64,000 bases of DNA, taken from the NCBI RefSeq assembly GCF_006345805.1, contig NC_043001.1, positions 134,974,001-135,038,000 on the forward strand, read 5' to 3'. This DNA comes from Octopus sinensis. Taxonomy: Eukaryota. Shown piece by piece: positions 13,846 to 25,635 of this stretch. Each line of letters starts with the position of its first letter. Within the stretch, counting starts at the first letter, position 1. The translations under genes and the position numbers were made by a program. The notes beneath the pieces were generated by a model, which had not been told where the DNA came from, searched no databases, and saw nothing but the letters and a program-made list of their open reading frames with translations.

Positions 13846-13992
13846 CATGTCTGTTGTATGTATATTGGAAGTCGCTTATTATAATTGCAGGCAATGTTAT
13901 CAACCGGTTAGTGTTATCTCAATTGGTGGGGACCGGTTACTTTTAATTCAAAAGGCTTCGTCCCAAAGTGATGCCAACCAGCGGCTTCCATT

Positions 13993-14006
13993 TGTATGTA
14001 TGTATG

Positions 14007-14040
<34 letters not shown>

Positions 14041-14195
14041 TGTATGTATGTATGTATGTATGTATGCATGTATGTATGTATGTATGTATGTATGTGTGAA
14101 TGTATGTATATATGTATGTATGTATGTGTGTGTGTATGTATGTATGTGTGAATGTACGTATATACGTACATTCATGTATGTATGTATGTATGTAT
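13993..14195. repeat. (TATG)n array
   Basis: Direct reading. Confidence 0.95.
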
Positions 14196-14809
14196 GGACA
14201 CATGCATGCATAGATATATGATTTTATTATATCTTGATCGTGATTCTCAAATCCGTATGACTCTATATTTACGCTCCTGTTTTAGATAATGACCACGCAA
14301 TCGCGAGAAGTACCCTGCCATCCGACTGACCCTTGTGTCCGCAACCCAGAGGAACTTAGGAAAAAAAGTAAAAACAAACGGAGCACCTGGGAAAAGAGGA
14401 CTGCATTTCTCTAGCCTGCCGTAGATGAAGACAAGCTTATTGCTTTATTTAAAGGACACCTTTATACACCCTGTCACAACACCACCATTCAACAGTGCAA
14501 TTCGTTGGAACAGCCGAGCTGGATCATTCGCAGTTTAACCTCCATAAATTATCCAGAGGCCGTTTCACTAACTACCACTTGTGGACGCGCCCTTATCCTA
14601 TTGTAGCAGCAAATGCAACTTTACACACACACACAGTTCCAGCTTATGTCTTTTACATTAAATTCATTCATATTTATTGATGTACAAATTAATTCACAAT
14701 TCACACACATTGCACTTGCCGGGCGTTTTAACATTTTAACATCTGACTTTACCTATCTGTCTATTTGTCTATATAACACCCCGCCCTACCCTTTTGTTTT
14801 TTTATCCGT

Positions 14810-15235
<426 letters not shown>

Positions 15236-15857
15236 CTAACTAGAAAGCTATCTGTCCGTCTGACTGCCAGTTTATCTGTCCGTCAGTCCGCCAGATTTAT
15301 TATCTGTCCGTCCGTCCGCCGTCCGTCCGTCCGTCCGTCTGTCTGTCTGTCTGTCTGTCTGTCTACCTGTTTGTATGTCTGTCCGTCTGTCTGTTTGTAT
15401 GTCTGTCCGTCTGTCTACTCACCTACTTGTCTGCCTCACTTCGTCTCCGTATCCATAAAACAAGGATAGAGGTTTTATGTATTCACTGGATTTGCTAGAA
15501 ATAGCAGCCAAATTGCCCTGGAGTGACATCTTAAAAGAAACATTGATTAATGTAGTTTTAGATGTGTTTAAGGGTTATGATCACGGATAAACTGTCGCAG
15601 GTCCGCTGACCCAGGGCTGACTTTGGGTTAAACAACACGCGTGAATGTTTTTACGCGTGCAGTTAGCCGGGCAGTTAGTGTCGTGTGAATAGTGAAAGTG
15701 GAATAAATTAATTCGAGAGATATTTAATGTAAATTTTAAGATTGCAAACACGCTTGGAAACCGGCTTTGGATTTTCTGCCGTAAATCTCGTCCCACGTTC
15801 CTGAGTTCAATTTCTGCTACCATTTAGTCGCCGGTGATAATAACATTGATACCAATT

Positions 15858-16215
15858 TCTCTATATATAAAGCTGAAGTTGTTTGTCTGTGTGTGGCAGG
15901 TTTGGTAGTCTTCAACTAACACTATCTCCTACGAGACCCTGCGGCGCAAGTTGACCAAAATTGAGAGTATGATAGAAGAAGGTTTGCTCTTCCTTCCGTA
16001 GAAGAGAAAATTCAAATCGGACCATGTTAACACCAAAAATTATTTACATCAAAAAGGTGCTTTTTTTCTATGAAAATCCCTATTTTTTTACGATTTTTTG
16101 ACTGCTGTGTCGCCATTTTTCGGTGTATTTCAACCAGGAAAATGTTCACTTAAAGAGGATAACAAGCTACATAATGCAAAATTTTTACTTTTCAAAAATT
16201 CCAATTCTAAAGGGT
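15858..16215 (+). mobile_element. Helitron-like 5' fragment
   Basis: Starts TCTCTATATATAAAGCTGAAGTTGT, similar to the 5' end of the Helitron at 43349 (TCTTTATATATAAAAGTGAAGTTGT); no 3' CTAG seen. Confidence 0.5.
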
Positions 16216-16792
16216 GACACGTACTCTTCAGTCCCTCGTCCCTTGGGTCCGCCCCTGCACATACACACACGACTGGTTTTCAGTTTCTGTCTACAAAATT
16301 TAAGCCGGCCCGATTACTTACAAGGTTCCTCGCAGTGGGACTGAACCCAGATTCATGCGTATGTAGTTGGGAAGCAAACTTCTTACCATACAGCCATGCT
16401 TGGGCCTGTAGCCACAAAAACTATATATAACGCAGGAAATTTAGTACTGAGATACTCTCGTTGAATCCTGAATAAAAAGTCACAGAAAAAATGTCGAAGA
16501 AAATCTGTGATTAATAACTGATGTAAAATTTCTTGTTTGTTTCAAAGTTTCATTTACAATTTTAAATAAACTTTGATATTTTTTCACATCTATGCGATGT
16601 TGTCATACTATGAATTGTGCACACGGCGCATGCATGACCGTCTTTATAAAAAACTCGCTTTGTAACCACAGGCTTTTAGATACCTTGAGCCAGTGTCTTC
16701 TTCTATAGCCCTGGGTTGACCATTGGTCTAATTCCTTCTGAATGAATTTGGTAGACGGAAACTGTGTGAAAGCCCGTCACACACACACACAT

Positions 16793-18780
16793 ATCCTCAT
16801 CATCGTCGTTCAACGTTCGCTTTCCATGCTGGCATGAGTTGGACAGTTTGTCTGAGAGCTGGTGAGCCAGAAAGCTACACCAGGCTCCAGTCTGATCTGG
16901 CAATGTTTCTACAGCTGGATGCCCTTCCTAACGCCAACCACTCCGCGAGTGTGGTGGGTGCTTTTTACGTGCCACCGGCACGAGCGCCAGTCAGGCGGTA
17001 CTGGCAGCGGTCACGCTCAAATGGTGATGTTTACGTGCCACTGGCACAGGAGCCAGTCAGGCGGCACTGGCTACGACCACGCTCGAATGCTGTTTTTTAC
17101 GTGTCACCGGCACAGGAGCCAGTCAGGTGGCACTGGCAACGATCACGCTCGAATGGTGCTTTTATCGTGCCATTGGCACGGGTACCAATCAGGCGGTATT
17201 GTCATCGGCCACGACAACGATTTACTGCTATGTAGCATGGCTGTTTGCACACATGCATCATACAGTCTACCCTTTACTCTGAGTGAGAGGCCCTTTATCT
17301 TTGGCTAGGTATTTTTCCCGCAGCTGTCTTGCCAGAAATATAGCATCAGTGCACAAACTCAAACTGCATCTCGTCTATACTGACTCTCCCTAATTAGTTG
17401 GGCTATGACACTCTCCATGACTTTCATTACTTGACCCAATAACTTGATACCTCTATAATTATTTGTATTTAATGCATCACCTTTACCTTTACCTGGTGCT
17501 GCTACACCAGTCATTGGGTATGACTCCATGTATCATTTGATTCACTATACGGGTGACTAGACTATAGCTGACACTGCCAGATATTTTAAGCATCTCTACA
17601 ATGATTCCTGATGGGCCAGTGGCTTTCCCTGTCTTCATACCCTTAATTGCTTTAATCTACAAAAGTACTGTCAATTTGGATAGCTGGTCCCTCTGTTGGG
17701 TCGACATTCGGTAGACTCTCTTTCTCCCATTCATTCTCTTCATTTAGCAAACTTTCATAGTGGCATCTCCAAGTCTCTCTCTTTGCAGCCTCATGAAATG
17801 CAAGTAAGTTGTCATCCACATGGACACATTTCTCTCCTATGACATCATGATTCTCTCTCACACTCTGTCTTGCAACATGAAACACCTCAAGTCTTTGGTC
17901 CTCATTGTACAGAATATTGGCAATTTTTTTTTATTTGCTTACCATCTGACTGCCTGATACAATTCCCTGCTAGCATTGTTCTTCCAGTCCTTCCATGCCT
18001 CTTTCTTTTCCCTAATCGCCCTGTCAACTACATTGTTCCACCACCACATTACCTTGGGTCGAGAGGAGGCTTTGCACCATCCTCAGATCTGGTCAGTAGC
18101 CCTCAACAGGTTGTCTCGTAGAAACTTCCAGTTGTCTTCCACATCGTGTGATGCTATATCCCCCTCTATTTCATCAAAGGCTTCGAAATATGTCTCTAAA
18201 TCTCTGTCTATTCACAGGATCCTTAAACTTCCAGACCCTTCTTCTCCATGCTGGTCATCTTCTGGGCATCCATTTATCCCTGATCCTGAAGTCACTAACT
18301 ACTAATCTATGTTGTGGAGTACATTTTTCAGCTGGGAAGGTTTTGGCATTTATAAGTAGCCATCTTTCCCATTTCCTGGCGAGGATGTAGTCAATTTGAC
18401 TAGTACGTCTACCAGAACAGGTGACTGACAGGTTTCTTGAAGTTAGTATTACAAACCATAAGATCATTTGCATCACAGAACTCCAGCAGCCTGGTTCCCT
18501 CCTCATTGCAGGAACCAAAACCATAGCCCCCATGTACACCATGGAAGCCCCCTGCATGTTGTCCAACATACCAATTGAAGTTGCCAGCCACAAAGAGAAG
18601 GTCTCTGTCATTCATTGACAAGGTAGTCAGCAAGAGGGTGTCATAAAATAAGTCTTTCTGTTCATCAGGTAGCCCCGGCTGAGGGGCAAAGGCTGAGATA
18701 ATGGTTGCTAACCCTTGTTGCAGCACTAATCTAATCTTAAGTATTCTATCATAGAGTCTGACTACCTCGACATATCCGTG
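16793..18780 (-). mobile_element. RTE LINE, 5'-truncated and multiply internally deleted (endonuclease, start of RT, 3' UTR)
   Basis: Minus-strand translation gives ISAFAPQ...GNFNWYVG...GGYGFGSCNEEGTRLLEFC...NTNFKK and QIDYIL (APE endonuclease), then DAIFLARQLREKYLAK and RLYDACVQTAMLH; RTE 3' UTR and (GAT)n tail at 16793-17220. Confidence 0.92.
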
Positions 18781-18831
18781 TATATATATATATATATCTA
18801 TATATATATATATAATATATATTATATATAT

Positions 18832-18865
<34 letters not shown>

Positions 18866-18866
<1 letters not shown>

Positions 18867-19330
18867 TCTATTTATTATATTACGTTTATATATTTGTTTT
18901 GCAAGATTCTTGATGTGAAATCGTGTGTTGTATTTAGGAATGGTCATGTTGCCAGTTTAGCCAATAAAAACACACGCACTATATATTTGGTGTTAATTTG
19001 CTTCGGCCTTATTTATTTTTTACATTAATCTTAATCTTATTTTGGCCAGAGTTCTTTCGTCACACTTCTGTGACTTCATCAGTGGTCCTTTGCTTTCTTC
19101 TTTCTTATTTGTGTGTCTCTCCTTACGAAGGGTCAGTCATTTTGTATTTTGTATTCCTATTGTATGTGTCTTTATTTGCGCATGCGTATACCACTATGTG
19201 TGTCTATGTTTAGTTAGTGTGTGTGTGAGGGGGAAAGGGCCTGTAATATTTGTATCTCCTGTTTATACACATTTGTGTAATTTATTTTGTGTTTTGGTTT
19301 AATTTGTTCATGTGTTTATACCTACTTATT
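18866..19330 (-). mobile_element. Probable Penelope-like pseudo-LTR remnant in (AT)n
   Basis: Non-coding island between AT arrays that carries a hammerhead motif; assignment is inferred from the ribozyme type and context. Confidence 0.5.
19044..19088 (-). ncRNA. Type-I hammerhead ribozyme motif
   Basis: Minus strand GGACCA-CTGATGA-A-GTCAC-AGAAGT-GTGAC-GAAAG-AA-CTC-TGGCC: stem I CCA/TGG, 5-bp stem II, 2-bp stem III, CUC triplet. Confidence 0.7.
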
Positions 19331-19405
19331 ATTTTTTTGTAAAAAAAATTTAATTAAATACAAAATATATATATATATATATATATATCTATATTTGTAT
19401 ATCTG

Positions 19406-19438
<33 letters not shown>

Positions 19439-19541
19439 ATTTATGTATATATATGTATTGGTATGTATATACATATATATAGGTATACAGATATTTATAT
19501 ACATACATACATATAGGTATACAGATATTTATATACATACA

Positions 19542-19595
<54 letters not shown>

Positions 19596-19653
19596 TATAT
19601 ATATATAATGTATATTATGTTAGAAGGTTTGGAGCTGATGTACAGGAATTATA

Positions 19654-19845
19654 TATTAGAAGAAATAAGTACTCAGAAATATGTATAGTTTTATATTTAC
19701 AGATTTTTTAATATGTCACATGTTCTTATACATCATATAATAGAGCTTGCATCCACCAGAGAGGTGCAAGTGCTAATATATGATTTATAAAAACATGCGA
19801 CATATTAATAAAAATCTGTAAATATAAAACCAGCCACTTCTAATA
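19654..19845. repeat. Imperfect inverted repeat (hairpin)
   Basis: 19688-19751 pairs with 19765-19830; outer TATTAGAAG/CTTCTAATA extends the stem across an asymmetric loop. Confidence 0.85.
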
Positions 19846-19865
19846 GATATATATATTTTATATTT

Positions 19866-20067
19866 TTTATTTTATAGAAGGAGCTTCTACAGGACTAGAA
19901 CTGTTTCATTCAAATGAAATCATCAGAAGCTTGCTGTCAAAATAAGTTCTGGCATTTATACATTTATAATGTATAAATGCCAGAACTTATTTTGACAGCA
20001 AGCTTCCTGATGATTTCATTTGAATGAAACAGTTCTAGTCCTGTAGAAGCTCCTTCTATAAAATAAA
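19866..20067. repeat. Near-perfect ~200-bp palindrome containing head-to-head hammerhead motifs
   Basis: Arms 19866-19964 and 19968-20067 differ by one indel as read; 3-nt loop TAT. Confidence 0.95.
20001..20051 (+). ncRNA. Type-I hammerhead ribozyme motif
   Basis: AGCTTC-CTGATGA-T-TTC-ATTT-GAA-T-GAA-ACAG-TTCTAGTC-CTGT-A-GAAGCT: 6-bp stem I, 4-bp stem III, GUA triplet (predicted cut after 20045); the base of stem II is U.U rather than G-C. Confidence 0.75.
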
Positions 20068-20154
20068 TTAATTTACTCTGCTATGTATTGAGTACCTTAT
20101 TTACTGTGGTTAACCCCGACTCAACCGGGATCTACATATATATATAATATATAT

Positions 20155-20211
<57 letters not shown>

Positions 20212-20826
20212 GATATATATAGATATACATATATATATATATATATATACAGATAGATATATAGATATACCATATATTATATATATATATATATATATAT
20301 TATACATAAATAGATAGATAGATAATTAACATCTTACTGCTATCATAGCACTCCTCCTGCATATTTTCTTCTTCTTCTTCTTCTTCTTCTTCCTCTCCTC
20401 CTCCTCTGGCAAGAATTCACAATGACTTCGAACCCACAGGAGTAAACAAGAGAGACAGAAACAGGCAGAAACAAGGAAAATGCCCCTTGTATTCGAATGC
20501 CATGGAAATATTCTTTTAAAATACTTTTCCTTTAATTTTTCCAAAATTTAATTGTTTTCCATACTTAAAGTTGAAAAAGTCTCAATGACTGAAACCAGTA
20601 CTGAAATATTTTTTCTAAAATTATTTTAGCATTTTCTACTTTGACTTTTTTTCCATATATATATCAAATCGCTTGTTCCTTTTCAACCTTCTATATTTAT
20701 ATATGTATATATATATGTGTGTGTGTGTGTGGTGGTGAGTGTATATATATATATATATATATATCAGATTTAAAGAATTAAAACTCTTGTCCCTGTGACG
20801 AAGGTGGGAGAAATATACAGTCCTAT

Positions 20827-21230
20827 ATAGAAGGCCTTGTACCAAACATTGGAATTGAAAGTTACTCAAACTACAGAATGGTGTACCACTGCATAGTGCC
20901 AAAGATTCCAGCAACGCCATCAAAATACAGGACCAGAAACTGCAGCAGGTAGAGCATCAAGAGCCCACAGCACTTTAATATCTTTCTAAAATGACTGAGA
21001 GACCTGCATGGTGTGGATGTGTCTTTAAAACAAAACTGGATCTCTCCCTCTTATGGGTTCCAGATGAGCCTACCTCATGGCAGGAAACACAGCTGAGGGC
21101 AGCAGCATCAAACTCCCTCATTGACCAAATGCTACATATCAGAGGAGATTTCAAATAATGGTGTAGCTCAGCCAATGGTGGTGCTCCAGCATGACCGCAG
21201 CTTTGCAGCTGAAACACTTTAAAATAGTTA
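20827..21230 (+). mobile_element. CR1/L2-group LINE 3' end (RT C-terminal remnant plus tail)
   Basis: Frameshifted translation IEGLVPNIGIESYSN...LHGVDV.FKTKLDL...VPDEPTSWQETQLRAAASNSLIDQMLHIRGDFK* (stop 21156-21158), typical of the CR1-group ORF2 C-terminus. Confidence 0.8.
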
Positions 21231-21549
21231 TATAGTATACACAATATATATATATATAATATATATATTATATATATATATATATATATAATATATATAT
21301 ATATATATAATTTCAACAATTGAGGGCAAAATTATATTATTATCAATTTCACCAAGTGTCAGTCATAAGCAAAGGGACCATTCAAGGCGAATTCAAATAT
21401 TACATTATAGAAAGGGCTTAGTAAATAATTACTTTGCGCATACTGAACTCATTAGAAATAGCATGCTTAAAAACTTTTTTAAGGCTATTTCTATACTTAA
21501 GAAAATCTCTCTCATATATAGGGTTTGCTAATTCAACTCACAATATTAG

Positions 21550-21658
21550 ATATATATATATATATAACAAATATATATAATATATATAAACAACAACACA
21601 ACACCACAACACACACACACACACCACACCACATATATATATATAGATATATTTTATG

Positions 21659-21691
<33 letters not shown>

Positions 21692-22065
21692 ATATAAATA
21701 TATATATATATAGATATATATATATATAATATATATTATATATATATAAGATATAAATATATAGATATATATAGATATAAATTATATATATATAGATATA
21801 GATATAATATATATATATATATAGATATAAATATATAGTATATAGATATAAATATATATATATATATATATATAATATATATATAGATATATATACATAG
21901 ATATAAAGATATATATATTAATATAAATATATATATAGATATAAATATATATATATATAGATAGATAGAGTTATAATAGATATATATATATATAATCGAT
22001 ATTATAATATATAGATATAAATATATAGATCTATATAGATATAATTTATATATATATAGATATAA

Positions 22066-22097
<32 letters not shown>

Positions 22098-22141
22098 ATA
22101 GATATACTAATATATATATATATATATATCTATAATGATAT

Positions 22142-22178
<37 letters not shown>

Positions 22179-22263
22179 TATAGATATATAATATATATAT
22201 ATTATAGATATTAATATATATATATATAGATATAAATATATATATAGATATATAGATATATAT

Positions 22264-22299
<36 letters not shown>

Positions 22300-22300
22300 G

Positions 22301-22378
<78 letters not shown>

Positions 22379-22430
22379 TATATATTATATATATATTAGA
22401 TAGATAGATAGATAGATAGATATAATATAT
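21550..22430. repeat. Degenerate (AT)n/(ATAG) array
   Basis: Direct reading. Confidence 0.95.
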
Positions 22431-22435
22431 AATTC

Positions 22436-24064
22436 AAGTCAGGATGCTCCTTGGAGCTCCTCTATGCTGATGACCTTGCTCTAATTGCTGAGTTACTATC
22501 AGAACTAGGAAAAGTTTTAGGTGTGGAAGCAAGGATTAGAATCGAAGGGCTTTTGGGTCAACGTAGCTAAAAGCAAAGTCTTAATATGTAGGAAGGCAGA
22601 CGAACCACAAATCCCTTTAGGTAGAAGGCTCTGTTCAATCTGTAGAAAAGGTGTAGGTAGAAACTCCATAAGATGTGCCCAGTGTAAGCTATGGACGCAT
22701 AAGAGGTGCAGCACTATCAACGTAAGGCTAACTGGGAAGATAGTTTTTGTATGTGGCAAATGCTCAGGTGCTATAAACACTGAAAATGTGCAGAGAACAG
22801 CTTCCGTCACATTCCAGGGAGAAAAACTACAAGTAGTTGATAGTTTCTGTTACCTAGGGGACCAAGTCAGTAGCGGATGTGGATGCTCTGAAAGTATAAC
22901 TGCTAGAATAAGAATAGCCTGGGCAAAGTTCAGAGAGCTCCTACCTCTGTTGATGACAATGAGCCTCTCGCTCAGAGTAAAAGTTAGACTGTATGACGCA
23001 TGTGTACGAACAGCTATGCTACATGGCAGTGAAACATGGGCCGTGACTGCTGAGGACATGCGTAAGCTTGCAAGGGATGAAACCAGTATGCTCCGTTGGA
23101 TGTGTAATGTCAATGTGTATACACGACAGAGTGTAAGCACCTTGAGAGAAAACATGTATGTAAAAAGTATCAGATATGGTGTGCAAGAGAGACGATTGCG
23201 CTGGTATGATCATATGTTGCGAATGAATGAGGACAGCTATGTGAAAAAGTGTCATACCCTAGCAGTTGAGGGAACGTGTGGAAGAGGTAGACCCAGGAAG
23301 ACCTGGGATGAGGTGCTGAAGCACGACCTTCAAACATTGGGCCTTACCGAGGCAATGACAAGTGAGATATGTGCTTGAGAAGACCTAACAAGCCAAGTGA
23401 GACCATAGCCCGTGGCCTATGCCAGTAGGGGTAACCAGCCCACCTATGAATACCCCTCATTCAAAGACCTATTGAGGCAAGTAAAATCAAAATCAATATC
23501 GCTGACGTGGCCGGTGACAGTACCGCTTGATTGGCACTCGTGCCAGTGGAACGTTTAAAGCACATCCGAACGTGGGGTGTAACCAGCCCACTTATGAGTC
23601 CCCTTCATCATTGGACAAAAAACTTTGCTTGCGAAGACCTGTTGATGCAAGTGAAATCAAAATCAAAATCGCTGACGTGGTCAATGACAGCACCATCTGA
23701 TTGGCACTCGTGCCTGCGGAACGTTAAAAGCACCAGTCAGTGTGACCGTTGCCAGTGTCACCCTACCGGCACATGTGCTGGTGGCACATAAAAAACAACA
23801 TTCGAGCGTGGTCATTGCCAGTGCCGCCGGACTAGCTCCCGTGCAGGTAGCACGTAAAAAAACACCTTTTGAGCGTGGTCGTTGTCTGAACCGCCTGAAT
23901 GGTTCTCGTGCCGGTGGCTCGTAAAAGCATCCACTACACTCTCGGAGTAGTTGGCATTAGGAAGGGCATCCAGCTGTAGAAACTTTGCCAGATCAGTCAG
24001 ACCGGCCAACCCATGCCCGCATGGAAAGCGGACGTTAAATGACGACGATGATGATGATAATGAT
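22436..24064 (+). mobile_element. RTE LINE, 5'-truncated (RT C-terminal half plus full 3' UTR)
   Basis: LLYADDLALIAE (YADD at 22463-22474), a frameshift, then ORF 22521-23378 with FCYLGD, RIRIAWAKF, RLYDACVRTAMLHGSETW, RRLRWYDH, GRGRPRKTW; (GAT)n tail. Confidence 0.95.
22439..23378 (+). pseudogene. RTE reverse transcriptase remnant (one frameshift near 22520)
   Basis: Motifs as listed for the enclosing RTE element. Confidence 0.9.
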
Positions 24065-24636
24065 ACACACACACACACACACACGTAAATATATATATAT
24101 ATACAATTTATAAGTAAGGGCAAAAGAAAAAAATTTCTAATGCCAAAATATGCCGAAAATAGACATAACGTCAATAACCATGTAATTTATCACTACAAGC
24201 CCGCGTTTCGAAGAAAGCCGACAGAAATTTCTAAAAAAATCCCGTTATTACCATATAGGACCCGATTTCAGAGTTAGTTCATAGACCTTCCTTCATCAGT
24301 GATAATGCGGCAAGAAAAAGTGAAATACTTACTTATAACCCATGGAAGAAGCGAACACTAAGTCATGAGCACAATTAAGTACCCCAAATATATCCAAAAT
24401 AGAAACTCTCTTTACATTGATTCCAATACTCAACTGGTACTTATTTCATCGACCCTGAAAGGATGAAATGTGAAGTCGAACTCGGCAGAATTTGAACTTA
24501 GTACGTGAAGCCAGAAGAAATGTCTAAGAATTTTTATCCGGCATGCTAATAGTTCTGCCAGCTCGCCTTCTTTTTCATTACCTATAACAATCATTGTTTC
24601 GTAGCGACTACTGCTCAACACTTGTTCTTTGCAACA

Positions 24637-25020
24637 GGGAAGCACTCCGTCGGTTACGACGATGAGAGTTCCGGTTGATCCGAATCAACGGAACAGCCTG
24701 CTCGTGAAATTAACGTGTAAGTGGCTGAGCACTCCACAGACATGTGTACCCTTAACGTAGTTCTCGGGGATATTCAGCGTGACACAGAGAGTGACAAGAC
24801 CGACCCTTTGAAATACAGGTACAACAGAAACAGGAAGTAGTGTGAGAGAAAGTTGTGGTGAAAGAGTACAGCAGGGATCACCACCATCCCCTGCCAGAGC
24901 CTCGTGGAGCTTTAGGTGTTTTCGCTCAATAAACACTCACAACGCCCGGTCTGGGGATTGAAACCGCGATCCTATGACCGCGAGTCCGCTGCCCTAACCA
25001 CTGGGCCATTGCGCCTCCAC
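24637..25020 (-). mobile_element. SINE family A with 11-bp TSD
   Basis: TSD TCTTTGCAACA at 24626-24636 and 25021-25031. Confidence 0.92.
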
Positions 25021-25265
25021 TCTTTGCAACAATAAATCTGATGACTCAACAGGGTGGTGGTAGTGGCTTGGTCTGAAATCAACAGTGATCAATTCGTTAT
25101 ATATTAAAAGACATTAATGCAAGCCATCCAATTTAGACATTTTGACCTAAGGTCACATTTAATATGTCCTTTAAGACGGCAGGGGTTTGTTCAACAGACG
25201 TTGCTGCTATCTCTAGGATTTCGAGTGACCACATAGCGGTCGTCTGTTTTTATCCTATCCTAATT

Positions 25266-25635
25266 GGGAAGCACTCCGTCGGTTACGACGACGAGGGTTC
25301 CGGTTGATCCGATCACGGAACAGCCTGCTCGTGAAATTAACGTGTAAGTGGCTGAGCACTCCACAGACACTGTAACCCTTACGTATTTCTCGGGGATATT
25401 CAGGTGACACAGAGAGTGACAAGGCCGGCCCTTTGAAATACAGGTACAACAGAAACAGTGAGAGAAAGTTGTGGTGAAAGAGTACAGGAGGGATCACCAC
25501 CATCCCTGCCGGAGCCTCATGGAGCTTTAGGTGTTTTCGCTCAATAAACACTCACAACGCCCGGTCTGGGAATCGAAACCGCGATCGTATGACCGCGAGT
25601 CCGCTGCCCTAACCACTGGGCCATTGCGCCTCCAC
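25266..25635 (-). mobile_element. SINE family A (copy with several small deletions)
   Basis: Aligns to other family A copies; lies between two copies of a 275-bp segment. Confidence 0.9.

Noticed and set aside
18640-18670. CTGATGA in the minus RTE copy and at 22467 in the plus copy
   Set aside because: These are codons for PDE and YADD in RTE coding sequence, not ribozymes.
25037-25082. CTGATGA...GAAA resembling a hammerhead (also in the duplicate at ~25682)
   Set aside because: No stem II closing pairs and no stem I/III with an NUH triplet could be drawn.
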